64,000 nucleotides of DNA from Eledone cirrhosa (GCA_964016885.1 OZ024740.1:333808001-333872000), one strand, 5' to 3'; shown: positions 40,790-55,559, numbered from the stretch's first letter. Numbers and translations are program-made. Notes: a model not told the origin generated them from the letters alone.

Positions 40790-41463
40790 CTAGCCGAATT
40801 ACCCGAGCCTTGCTGCGTTTCACATATTTTTTTTTTGTAAGAAATTGATCATTGATTTTAAATCAGTTATCTACTTTATCAGAAAAACTCTGCATTTCAA
40901 TATTACTCAATGTAAAATGTAAGGCCTGAAAAATTGGAAAATATTATATTTTTGTAATAAATCAAAATCAAAATTACAGTACTAAATCTTATCATTTTGT
41001 TTCTTGCAAATAATTGTTTTCAAAATATTAATTCAAAACTTTTGACAATAGGCATCATATCTTGTTAAAATTTCATATAATTCGAAGGGGAAACATTTTC
41101 AGCGAGAATTTGTGCCCTGGGGAACCCTAACAGGGGGTGTAACCCTCATTAGGGTATCTTAATATTATTGAAATATTTCAATATTTTCAGTATCTTAATA
41201 TTGCTGAAATGTTGTCAATAGGCATTATATCTTGTCATTTGCCTATGGTTGAAATTTCATATAAACCGAATGGAAAAAAGTTTCATGGGGGTTGTACCCC
41301 ACAGGAACCCTTTGATTAAAATGAAATATACTTATACTCGTACTCTGAGCAATGTAGTTTCTGAATATATGTGGTTATGTGGGTCTATCTCCAAAACCAT
41401 AGGTGGATTTCGTGAACAAACAAACAATCAAACAGACAGGAGCTACAACTTTATACATATAGA
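40790..41463 (-). mobile_element. Non-autonomous Helitron
   Basis: Minus 5' TCTATATGTATAAAG followed by gtttgtttg, 3' end ...cgggtaattcggCTAG, inserted between A and T. Confidence 0.8.
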
Positions 41464-41985
41464 TGTATATATAGAGAATGGATAATCGAGATTGCGTCAA
41501 TATTTATATAAATATAAACATTTTTAATATGTAGACATATGTTTCTTTAAAGGAAATACACATCCTCGGAAGATGATCCATTTAGGTCCGAACACATTTA
41601 ACGTTTTTTTGCTGTTGTGTTTCAATATTAAGGACGATTTGTTGACTTCATTATGTTTATTGAGTAGTGATGGACGTTTCACAATTGATCAGCTCAAGGT
41701 TCGATCTACCATGCTTGGGCGACTGTTGGTCTTCCACAAACACACACACTCATATATATATATATGTATTTATTAAAATAACAGATTAACGTTTATATAT
41801 ATATATATGTGTGCATGTATGTATATATATAGATACTACTGTACGTCTGTATACATATATGTATGTATACATAAATACATACTTACATTTAAGTAAGTGC
41901 CGTAATAAGAGTGAGAAATGAAATTTCGTTTCATTCTATTCCATTTATCGTTTTCGGTGTACCCGGCCGACTGAACTCACTCGAT

Positions 41986-41993
41986 ATGCAAAT
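41986..41993 (+). promoter_or_regulatory. Octamer motif ATGCAAAT in family A, ~75 bp upstream of the HHR
   Basis: Present in all four HHR-bearing copies. Function is inferred only. Confidence 0.4.
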
Positions 41994-42067
41994 TAGGCTG
42001 CTCAGTCGTTAATATGCATAAGGAAAGTATATACTTTCAGACGTTCAACCATCTGGCAGGAAGGTAT

Positions 42068-42110
42068 ACGATGCTGACGATAGCTATTAAGCTTGAAACT
42101 AGTACATCGT
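42068..42110 (+). ncRNA. Type-I HHR (family A, best copy)
   Basis: acgatg-CTGACGA-t-agct-atta-agct-t-GAAA-ctag-ta-catcgt. Perfect 6-bp stem I, triplet GUA. Confidence 0.88.
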
Positions 42111-42376
42111 TCCTGTGTAAGTGTTGAACAAAAAGGTCGGGTGGTTGCCTAAACACTATACGGCGTAATTCGGGCTGTTTGTTTGTTTACAAACAAACAA
42201 ACCGAGCATTATAATAAATGTTCGGGAAACCGATACGTGCATATATATATATGTGTGCATGTATGTATATATATACATACTACTGTACGTCTGTATACAT
42301 ATATGTATGTACATACTTACATTTAAGTAAGTGCCGTACTAAGAGTGAAAAATTAAATTTCGTTTCATTCTATTCA

Positions 42377-42866
<490 letters not shown>

Positions 42867-43960
42867 ACATCAAAACTCGTGTGTCACACCTCTATTTATA
42901 TATATAGTGGTGGAAAACTGGAAGGTAATATCCGTAGGGGTAGAGCACTCAGTCCAAGGGACGAGTTAGGTAGAAGTGGTTACACAACAGTTAGTTCACC
43001 ATACCGAGAACAATTGTTTCACCTTAGCGGATCCTCAGCTCAGAATGGGCATGGTTATAGGAACAGAAGGACAACCGTACCTGGTACGGTTGTCCTTCCT
43101 GTTCCTAAATGTATCGAAATTCTTTTTAAACATCTCTCGATTGATATTTTCGTAAGTTTCAAATGGTCTTATACGTATGTAAAATATTTTACTATCCTCA
43201 CATTTATTGTATCCGTGCAGACAATAATAAACTAGACCTTAAAATTGATCTTTTTAGCTCAATATTAATTTAGTTCACGTACAGATAATATTTTATATTT
43301 GATATATAACTTGAAGTTGCTATGCGGTTAAATATTTTCATTTTTCAAATATCTGAAATAACTTGACAGAGAGTTAACCTTATATTGATGCAACATGAAA
43401 TATATAAAACAGAATTTAGATTGGAATTTGCAACATAGTCTTCATATCTTCTTCAATAAATTACATATATGTAATTTATTTCATATATATGTTCGAAAAA
43501 ATATATTTATCTTTTCTCTTAAGTTGCTCGAAGTGAATAATATCATAATATAGTATCTATTTAAAATGATGTAAATTTAGATTAAAAAAATCATAGAATG
43601 TTAGAATATATATAAGTCTAGTGACCTAACTCCGATAATTATATTTATAGTATTCCTTTTTTCTGTTCAAATTTAAATTGCATATGCATACAAATCTCTC
43701 CAGAAAATTGTGCACATACACGCACTCATACATAAAAATACAACTCACACACGCGTCCGCACACGTATACGCACGCATATATGTGTGTGTCTAAGATATG
43801 TGTAATAGTGTTGTATACAGCAGAGGTGTACTGGTCTTTGAATATATGTGTAAATACATGTTATCTATGAAGCCTAAATGTATATTAACCGGTGATATTT
43901 CATTTCACCCAAGAGCAAATTATTATAATAAAAAAATATATATTCTTTTTGATGTTATAT

Positions 43961-44143
43961 GTGGATTGACAGTATCGGTAGAGGGTCGGACGCCATGCCT
44001 TCCTGCATAGTTACGTCCCTTTACGATCTGAGTTCAAATCCCGCCGAGGTTGATTTTGCTTTTCATCCTTACGGGGTCTATAAAATAAAGTACCAGTAAT
44101 GCACTGGGTAATTGCTGGCCTTGTGCCTAAAGTAGAAACAGTT
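43961..44143 (+). mobile_element. tRNA-derived SINE, full length
   Basis: Same family as 5221, with A/B boxes. Confidence 0.9.
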
Positions 44144-44344
44144 ATATGTAATTATTTGAATTCCGCTCCCACCAAAAAGAAGTTCTGCAAAATATTTTAC
44201 TTCACTTCAGTGATGAATATAGTATTGCGTATAAACACATACCTACACACATACACAAACTACCTTTTTTTTTTATCAAATCGGAGTTAACCGAAACGTT
44301 CTAATTTGTGTTCTCGTGCATACGTTTGGTGACATAATTAATGA

Positions 44345-47300
44345 TTTCATTTATTGGCCACAAGGGCCGACATATAGGGGACAATCCCGCAAAAGACTGG
44401 GACAGTGAGGTTTTACAGAAAAATCGAGTAAACAAATATGAATAACAATAACAAAGTAGCAAGAAAAATACAAGAAAAATTCCCCAATAGCGGGGATGAC
44501 CACCCAGGGTTCGCTCATGTACCCCACCAATCCTGAACGACCCGACGCTTCGAGAGCACCTTGGAAGGGCACCCCTCTCCTCCTCAAATTTACTCACCTA
44601 TAGGCGCATGACCAGAGTAGGCCCACTCACACGGGCCATTCTCGCCACATTCACCCACCTTTCAGCAAATGTACTGGGGGGGGGGGGGCAGCACTTCTCT
44701 CTCCACCCTTACCTTCCTTTCCAAGTGAAACTTGAAAAAGCTGATGAGGGATTGGCCGAAGAGAAAAATGTCTGTCTTCAGTCCTTTCAACCTCGTCCAC
44801 CATACAACCTCTTTCGCTACTGCCACCAGACAGAGGAAAATTGCCTGCCCTTCCTGGGCAAAAGAAGGCGGCGGGTCGATCTTCACTCTGGACTCAGCCG
44901 ATAGCCGGATCCGTTCTACACGCGACAACAGCTGTTCGACATAACTCCACAAGTCAGTAATGCACGGACACTGGACGAGTGCGTGCAGAACGGTTTCGTC
45001 GCTCTGCGCGTATCTCGGGCAGTTCCGTCTGACAGCACTTCCTTGCCTGTAGAGTTTATCTCGAACCGGTAGTCCTCCCACCCCACCCCCGGTAGCACTG
45101 CCAAGCGAGGGATTTTTGGAAATTATCCATCGTCCCTGGCTCGAAAGTCCTCCGGAACAGACTGGTCAGTTCGACTTGGTCGACTTCCAGAGCCTCTCCG
45201 AGTGCGTCGTCGCACTTCCCACCACTAATCCTCTATAGAACTCGAGAGTGGAAGTTCCACTGACCGCATTGCCCGCCTGGTAGAGGGCAGTAAGTGCCTG
45301 GCAACATTCCAGATGCCAGTCACCCAGTCTCGGTCTCTTCTTGACTCAGGACTGCAGCTCAGTCAAAGAAACGAGTTGCGGAAAGGCCCGTCTGACAAAC
45401 GGCGACCACACCTGTTCACCCTTTAGGCAGAATATCTAGAGATACCGCGCATCATTAGCCACGGCATGCCCAGCCCTCCACGTAGAGGGTGCTGGTAGCA
45501 GATGGAGCGCCTCACCAGCGGAACCTCACACCTCCAAAAGAATTTGAAGAGGAGCCGCTCCCAGATCGTGAGGCGTGAACGGGGGCAAGGGGCGACGGTC
45601 AGACGGTAGTAGATGACGGATGCGATGTACGCGTTCGCCACTTCCGCCCGACCTTTCAGTGATAGCTTCCTCCCAACCCATTTCTGGGTGAGACTTGCTA
45701 CCCTGCCAGGTCACCTCATCCCAATTCTTATCCACCTGGAGGTCTGGCCCGAACCAAACCCGAGCAACTTTACGGGTCCGTCCGTATAGCGCCTACCGAC
45801 GCTGTTGGAAGGCATGGACTTGTCTCTCCAGGTGCCGAGTTGCAAGCCCACCGACTTCCGGGTGAAGTTTTGCTCCTGTCAACCTTTCATATTCCTCCAA
45901 TAATTTGCCGACCACCTCGATTTCTGAGGTGTCCGACACATCACGGTGATGTCGTCCGCATAAGTCGACACCGCCTTTCTATGTCCCGGTTCGCAGTAAA
46001 GGCTCGAGAGTCAATACGTACAGAAGGGACGAGTGAAGGCACCCTTGACGGACCGTTCGGGAGAGCTGAAACGGTTCCGAGAGGTGGCCATTATGTTTGA
46101 CCACCGAGCAGGTGCCGCTGTGCATTGCAGTGATCCAGCTTCTGTAGACGGGGCCGAAGCCAGCCGCCTGAGGACAGCCTCCAGGTACCGATGGTCGACC
46201 CAATCGAATGCTTTCGATTGATTTAATTTGATCAGAGACCCACGGAAGGCAGGTTTACACCCTACCCTCTCTATGATGTATCGCATTAGGTGGAGATTTT
46301 CGTGTATGGACCTGGTTGGGATCGCGCATGTTTGCGCCTCCCCAACCAAATCCCCGACAACAAGCGTCAACCTCTTCGCTGATACCCTGGCCAAAATCTT
46401 AAACTCTGTGTTGAGCAGAGTTATGGGCCTGCAATTGTCTAACGTGTCCCTCTTGTTCTCGTCTTTCCTTATCAGCGACACTACGCCTCGGCTCACAGAA
46501 CTGGGAATACTCCCGTTCTGCTGCCAGTTACAGTAGAGCGCTTCGATGAGATTGGAGAAAAGTCTGGCATATTTATGTAAAGCTCGTAGGGCAGATCATC
46601 CAAACCGGGTGACTTGCGACTCATGCAGCCGACATGGGCATCCTGAATCTCGGCTAAAGTAATCAGCCTTTCGCAGCCCCCAGCGTAGGCCGTCGAGAGT
46701 TGCGGCAAGCCATCAAGGTAGGGACTGAAGTCCGCCACCGTCTCTGACCCGCCACTTCCTCCGAACAACCGAGCAAAATGTTGGCGATAGGCCTCACACA
46801 TCCGCTTGGAATCGCTCAGCTGGTGTCCGTCTCGGTCTGTCAAAGACCGAATCGTGGTTTTATTAACACGCTGTGCCTCTTCCACGCGGGCCCATCGAAC
46901 AGCTTTGGTTCCCTCGTTTCTTCGAGCACGCGCCTTAGCTCTGACAATGCAACCTTAGTATTTCGCATTGAAGAAATGGTCTAATGCCATTCTCGCCGCT
47001 AGCACGTCAGTTGCAATGCCACTACAAATAGCCTCGTCTAACTTAGCTACCAACTCCCCCTCCTTTCTATTTTTCTCTAACGCTACTTCTTTGCTAAACT
47101 CTATCGACATTACTCTAATCTCCCTTCTGAGAGACCCCGACCATCTATTGTTGACGACTCCCCCTGAAAACTTTTTCTTAACTAAATTGTTGACCTGGTC
47201 CCTGTAAGCCTTACGTGCCGGAAATGACATGCTTAGCTTCCAGTAACCAGGTCCTAACCTACGCGTCTTACTAGGTCGACCATACAGATCACAAACTTTT

Positions 47301-47532
47301 AAAACGTGGACAGCTTTCATTATTTCTGTCTATTTTCCTAATGAATATCCTGTCTATATACGATCTAGATGACCCTATGCGGTTAGTCCAGATCCACACT
47401 GGCGCATTAGGGAAATCTAGTCGGTACCTGTCAGACAGTTGGAACTGGCTGATCAGGTTCTTGAGGTTTCCCCCACCCCACCCACTCCCGCTCGTATAGG
47501 ATACTCCCACACCGTCCAAGCGTGCGTCTAAG
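44345..47532 (-). mobile_element. 5'-truncated L1/Tx1-clade LINE (APE end, RT, C-terminal Zn knuckle) with 21-bp TSD
   Basis: SRSYIDRIF, KSPGLDDLPYELY, RPITLLNTEFKIL, KAFDWVDH, VRQGC, YADD, CPR...ETVLHALVQC. 3' AATAAA. TSD gtttggtgacataattaatga at 44324-44344 and 47533-47553. Confidence 0.95.
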
Positions 47533-48329
47533 GTTTGGTGACATAATTAATGAAATCATAAACATTATGTACATTTACAAAACACATTTTCTCTTAGAAG
47601 ATCTAAGACAAATTACAATCCTTAAAGGGTTGCTTATAAAAATTGATATAACAGTCCTTGTTTGGAGAAATTCCACCTTTTCTTTTTACAAATTGTAATA
47701 TTTTTCTCCCGTCAAGTATATTGTTTCACAAGAAGAAAGTAGGGATATAATAATAAAATATCTTTTCATGACCTCCTGTGTATGCACTCATATATAAACT
47801 CACACAAATACGCGCTATATAGTTATATTTAATTATTGAAATGGAAGATGTCACTGATTAAAGAATTCATCGTGTATGGCATTCAGTACAACTTACACTT
47901 TACTTTATAATTAAATTCCACAGCATTGGGGGATTGAGTGATTGTCCTACCTCCTTATAATATAACATACTTCTCGAATGACGTCCGAAACCTTATTTTA
48001 TATATTGGACATACTAACAGTAATACAAAATGCACGAAATACATTCTCTAATCTTATGAATTGAATTTGAAACAGAAAAATTTCCTATAGATGTCCCTTA
48101 ATCCAAGAAAATATTCAAAGTGTTATTTTAATTAAACATGTTGATTCAATCTAGAATGAGTTTCCAATTTCTTGGAATATATTTGTTTCTTACTCCGGTT
48201 TGTCAAAACGTTTCAAATAGATATAGCTACACATGACGTTCCCTACCACACAAATGTAATCTATTTGAGCACACCAAAACCACTCGTCAATACAGATTTT
48301 ATTTCACGCCCACTATTAATAATACAATA

Positions 48330-48360
<31 letters not shown>

Positions 48361-48495
48361 GCACCGCCACCACCAGCCCACCACCACCGAAGCCACGAGC
48401 ACGACCACCGCCACAACAACAACAACTACTACTACTACTTTTACTACTACTACTACTACTACTACTTCTGCTACTGCTACTACTGCTACTAGTCT
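48330..48495. repeat. Compound trinucleotide microsatellite (CTA/CCA/CAA)
   Basis: Visible directly. Confidence 0.95.
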
Positions 48496-48948
48496 GAAAA
48501 TGTGCACTACTTCTTATCATATTCGTAAGCTTCAGAACATAGAACGAAATGTTTCTTGGGCTCACTAAATGTTTCCCCAAGGCATCAAACAAAGGATATT
48601 TAACTACATGATATTTAAAATCATAGTCTGAAGCCGTTTACAAACATCATAAGCAGTAATACTATCACCGACTATGCATAATATAATATTAAGACAGCCA
48701 TTCTTGTATCAATTTATCTAATGTTCGTTTAGTCTTAACCTCCAACGAAACACCTGACAAGATAATGACTACAATTAGTAAATTATATTCTCCAGTCAAT
48801 TTATTCACGGGAAAATAGCGAACTAACACAGCAAAATCATAGATGATGCCTAAAGATGATGTTGAATGGTCTGGTGGAATTACATAGACGACAAGTTTTA
48901 CGATTACAAATAAATCTACCTCATACATATCAATCAATAGTATTCTTC

Positions 48949-48988
<40 letters not shown>

Positions 48989-49016
48989 TCTCTCTCTAAA
49001 TTCATCTCTCTCTATC

Positions 49017-49061
<45 letters not shown>

Positions 49062-49795
49062 TACAGAGAGAGAGAGAAGGCAGATATATATATATATAGA
49101 TAAAGAGTTAGATAGATAGATAACGTTATGCTTTGGGAAAAATTTGCTATCAAACAAGAAGTACATACATACATACACACATACTTCTTCTATTCATGCC
49201 ATATCATGTCTGGCGGTCAGCAAATATGCGAGGAACATTTACGACATATATGGGCCTGTCTATACACTTATATCATTATCGTTCAACAACATATTCTTTT
49301 TTGTGCACACTTGTTAGCAATGCATTATAACAAAAGCTTTCCAGGGCCAACCGCATAGAAGTAAGTTTCACTTGGTTTCCCATTCACACACAAACACACG
49401 CACACACACACATGCAATATGTGTGTGTGTATATGAACATGTGTACATATTTATGTGTGTGTGCATGTATGTTATAGGTGTTTAGGAAGGCATACACGAT
49501 GCATTTATGTATAATAAACGTATATATTTCTCGCTGTGATCATATCACAGCCATCTTAATAGATGTGTGAGAAAGGCAGATGGTAGTCTCCAAATTTTTT
49601 CAATCCATTAACATTGACGCTTACTCACTCGGTACTGAGAGAACAAACTATATCCTATATACTTTTTCCGTTTAAATCATTTGCTGGGGGAATTCCTTTC
49701 CATATAATGTAGGGATTAATTAACAATAGAAATTACATGGCGTCATTTATGATAGTGGTGTATATAAATGCATATATGTTATGTTTTATTTATAA

Positions 49796-50638
49796 CTAGC
49801 AGATTTACCCGGCGTTACCCGGGGTTTGAAATTATGCTAAGAATATACAGATAGGAAGTAAAAGAAGGAAATTATTTTTTTCCCAACCCGTCAAAATAAG
49901 CAGAAATCTTCAATAATTAATTGTTTCTACTTTAGGCGCAAGGCCAGCAATTACCCAGTGCATTACTGGTACTTTATTTTATCGACCCCGTAAGGATGAA
50001 AGGCAATGTCAACCTAGGCGGGATTTGAACTCAGATCGTAAAGGGACGTAACTATGCTGGAAAGCATGGCGTCCGACCCTCTACCGATACTGCCAATCCA
50101 TGCAAACGAATATTTAGTGCAATCTTTGTACACATAAAACTATCCTGATAATGAAGGAAAACACTGAACAGGATGTAGTTATACACATGATTAAAGACAA
50201 TACACGTTGCAAATCTGTAAAATAAAATGCAGTTTTGCTAAAGTACAAAAAGTTGTAATGAAAGCAGAGTTGTATACAAACAAAAAAAAAACAATGAGAG
50301 TAGAATAAGAGAAAATGTATTCTTTAAAAATGTATCCTTTGATGTGTCTGGTTAAATTTTGAACTTATAATCAAAAATATCCTGCATAACATATTCATTG
50401 AAAGTCCAATAAGGATTTTCTACCTTACATCATGCACTTTAGAAAAAATAATTTTGCTATCGATGTTTTATTGCTCAACGTGGGTCGATTGGAAACATTT
50501 CTGTAATGTGACCATCATAGCGACAGCTGCAACGTGCACATAAGATTTTGTCAAATTCGGTTGTGAATTGTAAAAGCCTTAGCTGTCCAAAGTTGTCCAC
50601 AGACACACACACATCCTCGCTTTTATATATATAGAAGA
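49796..50638 (-). mobile_element. Non-autonomous Helitron carrying a nested SINE
   Basis: Minus 5' TCTTCTATATATATAAAAG, 3' hairpin cccgggtaacgccggg then CTAG. Confidence 0.85.
49917..50100 (-). mobile_element. SINE nested in the Helitron
   Basis: Reverse complement of the 43961 family. Confidence 0.9.
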
Positions 50639-50696
50639 TATGAAAATATATAAAAATATTGCGCTCAGATCAAAGAAAGAAAATGAGCTGCAATCG

Positions 50697-50751
<55 letters not shown>

Positions 50752-51033
50752 TAAGTATGCATACGTACACACATATATATGCACACACACAAACACACAC
50801 ACACACACATACACACACTCATATATATATATACACGCATGCACATATACATATATATATATACGTATGGGTTATATCGAAGATTAATAATAATATTCGA
50901 TTCGATTGTAAACAAACGGCCCGATTAAAGCTGTGCCGTGTCAATGACAAAATATCATCCATTTTTTCAACACTGGTATTAGGGAACAATCAACATGTTT
51001 CTGGGTCATTAGCCTTCTAATTTTATTTATATA

Positions 51034-51742
51034 CAAGCAGTGGTACCCGGGGTTGCAGGGGATAAGGTATTTTGGAACGCAGGCCGGCAACAGACCTAAT
51101 CCTGGAAAAACTGCATGCCTGGACAACATGTAAAGAAAATAAATCGAAATCTCTGATGGCTGGATAATATTTAACATTTTCCTCGATGAAGTAGGAAACA
51201 TGCAGGTTTTCACCTAATGCGGGCCGTAGGGGATCAAGAAAATGAATTTTTTTTATGTTTGTATACAACTCTGCTTTCATTACAACTTTTTGTACTTTAG
51301 CAAAACTGCCTTTTATTTTACAGATTTGCAACGTGTATTGTCTTTAATCATGTGTATAACTACATCCTGTTCAGTGTTTTCCTTCATTATCAGGATAGTT
51401 TTATGTGTACAAAGATTGCACTAAATATTCGTTTGCATGGATTGGCAGTATCGGTAGAGGGTCGGACGCCATGCTTTCCAGCATAGTTACGTCCCTTTAC
51501 GATCTGAGTTCAAATCCCGCCTAGGTTGACATTGCCTTTCATCCTTACGGGGTCGATAAAATAAAGTACCAATAATGCACTGGGTAATTGCTGGCCTTGC
51601 GCCTAAAGTAGAAACAATTAATTATTGAAGATTTCTGCTTATTTTGACGGGTTGGGAAAAAAATAATTTCCTTCTTTTACTTCCTATCTGTATATTCTTA
51701 GCATAATTTCAAACCCCGGGCAACGCCGGGTAAATCTTCTAG
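51034..51742. mobile_element. Chimeric Helitron segment with two outward-facing 3' ends
   Basis: 51034-51255 matches 28470-28690. 51257-51775 is an inverted copy of 49763-50281. Confidence 0.8.
51438..51620 (+). mobile_element. SINE (duplicate of 49917-50100)
   Basis: Shares the diagnostic variants cctaggttgacattgcc. Confidence 0.9.
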
Positions 51743-51799
51743 TTATAAATAAAACATAACATATATGCATTTATAACTGAACGAGTATAAATATGAGTT

Positions 51800-52630
51800 A
51801 ATTCACTTTGCAAAAGAGGATGCCATGAAATTCCCATTCTCCCTTATTTCAGGGGAAACTGCCGTGGCATCCAACAACAACAGATACTTGGGAGTAATTG
51901 TGGACAACAACGTAACCTGGGCCACTCATATAAACAGCAAAGTTGACATGGCCCACAGAATGTTCCTGGATTCTCAGAACATTTCGTTCGAGAGATATCC
52001 ACACAGTTATCCTTCTTTCTCCACTTTTGCACGACTCCACCTTGAATATCTTGTCCACTGTGGTTTCCCCACATGAAACAAAGTGTCATAAAATTTGAAG
52101 CTCCTCAAAAGTCAATCACAAACAAAGATATATGGCATGTCAGGCCTTGACTATTGAGGTCGAGTAGAGAAACTCAAATGTTATTCTCTCCAACGCCACC
52201 ATGAGCGCTACAGTATCTGCATGATGTGGAAAACAGCCCATCCGCATTGCCCAAATAATGTTGGAATCACCCGTAAACTACCCCCGAGTCTTGGGCCTCG
52301 TACTATCCTCCCACAACGAGAATTAACCTCGCATCTCGTAACAAGAATACGGCACAATTATTTCATCTCAATTGGCCACGCACTTATAACATCACACCAA
52401 ACACATTGAAATAGAAACATACCCCATACATTCTAGAAGTCTTTTGACAAATTACTTGAACAAATCCGATAACATTCGCACACCCGGATGTGTCTCCGCA
52501 AACAATAACTCCCTTCTTGAGTGGGCCATGATGTCCAAATCCTGATCTCAAAGACTTCACCAGGCGGTGCTATTAAGTCTATTAAGTTAAACATGACCTG
52601 GCCCAATACTGGGCTAAACGTATCAAAGTT
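51800..52630 (+). mobile_element. CR1/L2-group LINE 3' fragment
   Basis: RYLGVIVDNNVTWATHI, FARLHLEY, and EKLKCYSLQRHHERY. Confidence 0.8.
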
Positions 52631-52675
52631 ATATATATATATAGAGATAATAGATAGATAGATAGATAGATAGAT

Positions 52676-52726
<51 letters not shown>

Positions 52727-53262
52727 GTGTGTATAATTGTAGCTATGGTGCTTCCATAGGCGGTATGCCAAAATTAGCATTCAATATTCATACAGGGCAG
52801 AGTGTGGATAGTATAAAAAAACGTGAGATAATTTGCTCCGAACGAATTGCATGTGTCCGAAGGAGCCTGCAGCCGTATAATCAACCAGATTCATACAGTG
52901 ATCATGTCTCGAGCTACCTGCCGGCGAGGCAATTGTAACACGCAATAAACTGAGTCCAGATGCATCACTGATTTTTCGTTTTTTTATAATATATATATAT
53001 ATATATAAATCAAAGGTATAGAAAATATTGTAGCAAAAAGCCAACAGTATTCCATAATATATAAGTGACTATAGCGTCAACATGGGAAAAATAGTTAACG
53101 TAAGATGTGGGAAAAATAATTCAAACTCAACTCAAAAAGAATCAGGATATAGATTCATCCAACAGAATTTAGTGAAATCCAGGGGAAAATCAATAGAGCC
53201 TTAACTCATGATAAAATAAAGTTTAAAATACTCATCCTTCAATTTGGAAAAACTACAAATGC

Positions 53263-53311
<49 letters not shown>

Positions 53312-53317
<6 letters not shown>

Positions 53318-53413
53318 CAGGAAAGAAGATTGACATGGTTTGCTATACAAAAAAGGTTTTTAATCTCATCTTTTTTGTATAGCAAACCATGTCAATCTTC
53401 TTTCCTGATTTAT
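53312..53413. repeat. Perfect ~44-bp inverted repeat (hairpin) abutting (TA)n
   Basis: aaatcaggaaagaagattgacatggtttgctatacaaaaaag and its exact reverse complement, with a 14-nt loop. Confidence 0.95.
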
Positions 53414-53580
53414 TATTACTCCAAGTGTTTACAACATAGGAATTACAGCATACTCGCAACATCACTATGGAAACGCCTTGTTGAGTCAAACCAAGCCAAG
53501 TGTTGATATCATCCACTACCCGGAATACCATAACTGGACTACACCTAAGTGGACTGCATATAACTATTATTTGTTACCCC

Positions 53581-53659
<79 letters not shown>

Positions 53660-53687
53660 TATGTGTATATATATATGTATATATATG

Positions 53688-53760
53688 TAAGTATGCATAC
53701 TTACATTTAAGTAACTGTCGTGCTAAGAGTGATAAATGAAATTTCGTTTCATTCTATTCC

Positions 53761-53766
<6 letters not shown>
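53688..53766 (+). repeat. Family A short fragment
   Basis: catacttacatttaagtaactgtcgtgctaagagtgataaatgaaatttcgtttcattctattccattt. Confidence 0.8.
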
Positions 53767-53810
<44 letters not shown>

Positions 53811-54230
53811 ATATATATATATATGGGGGGGGGACACATGTACGTCTTTGTGAGAGGGATGTATATGCGTGTCTGTTGGAGGTGCATGTGTGCCTTTTCC
53901 TGTATCTGTGTGTCAGTTTAAACGTTATGGAAAGATGAATTAACTAAGACGTACATTATAGGAATAATATTCTTCTTAAGAATACTGATATTATTTTGAT
54001 ATTCATTGCATGTTTTTATTTCTATGTTATGATGATTGTGCATATGATTGTCACACGGAATTTTATCTGAAGTAGCGATGCAGCCCCAACTGACAGTATA
54101 GCATTATATAATGTGTGTATCGCATATACAGCTAAACATACGTTATTTAATAATACATTACAAGGCACTTAGAGCCTGACAACAATGCATACACATGCAT
54201 GTTTCAGAGAGAAATACATTACTTGAATGA

Positions 54231-54352
<122 letters not shown>

Positions 54353-54441
54353 GGAATGGAAGTGAGACGGATAGATAGCTAGGTACATATATATATATAT
54401 ATATATGCGTGTGTGTGTGTCTCTCTCTCTCTCTCTCTCTT

Positions 54442-54477
<36 letters not shown>

Positions 54478-55559
54478 AGTGTGTGTATGCATTATGTATA
54501 TTAAACATATATGTTTATATAAGACTTTGCATTACAAAATGCTCTTTGTTGTTTGCTACAGTGTTTGTTCCAAAGCAATCATTCGAGAAACCTTTCATCA
54601 GTCGATCTGAACTCTGGCTGTTTGCCAAGTATTTCGTATAGCTGCTTCCATTTCACAGCCATGATTTCCTATTAAATCATGCGCTAGCTTACCACGTCTG
54701 ACGTTGTGTCTGTAGAAATTAGTTCAATTTAACTAGCTTGGCAAAATGTGGCTTTAAAATTTGTTGGAACGATATCAATCATGCTACCCTTTTACAATCC
54801 ATTTCATCTTACTTGTATTTACATTTTTCGATGACACCTATTCATATATAGCAATCAAGATACACAGAAATACACATCATCATACATGAGCACTCTTACA
54901 AGAAATACACTTTAATAGATAACATGGTGCGAGCCATTGCATTGCTGTGTCCATGGTATTTACAAGTACGAAAAGCGAACATTTTCAGAATTTCCTTGGC
55001 AACGCCAAACCAATCGGTTTCCTGTGAAAGCCTAAAGGTACACAATTGTAATTACACTAAATGATTCTAGTAAATAACTTTAATTTGCGAACCATTCTTA
55101 GCCGAAGCTGAACTGTGAGATAATAACTTGCACTGTTTGCTGTTTGCTGTTGTTTTTTGTTTGTATTGCATGGAATTGTCCAGTTAAGATTCGACATATA
55201 CGTATAAATAGAAGTTCTAAATGTCTTTGTTGACTGTTATACCTTCACAGACGAAACACGTGCCTACCTCGCGGATATATTATTTATTTCTTATATCACA
55301 AAAGATTACCTTCAGAAGAGACAAAAACAATCCCACTCACATACACATATACACTTAATGATATATATATATTTGTGTGTGTGTGTATGTGTGTGTGTAC
55401 ATATAGGAGAGATCATGTCACGATGATGTACATGCTACGTCGATGTGGAAAATTTGTAAACATTTAATGATGCGTGTTCTCGGCAGATATTTTCTGCAAG
55501 AGATGAGGTCGGAGGTGGCGTATAGTAACACGGCCACAAGAAGCGATATATAGAGGTAA

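Noticed and set aside
48689-48950. Hydrophobic ORF segment with faint cadherin-like words
   Set aside because: The motifs are out of order, there are no DxNDN/LDRE signatures, and the ORF begins in microsatellite.
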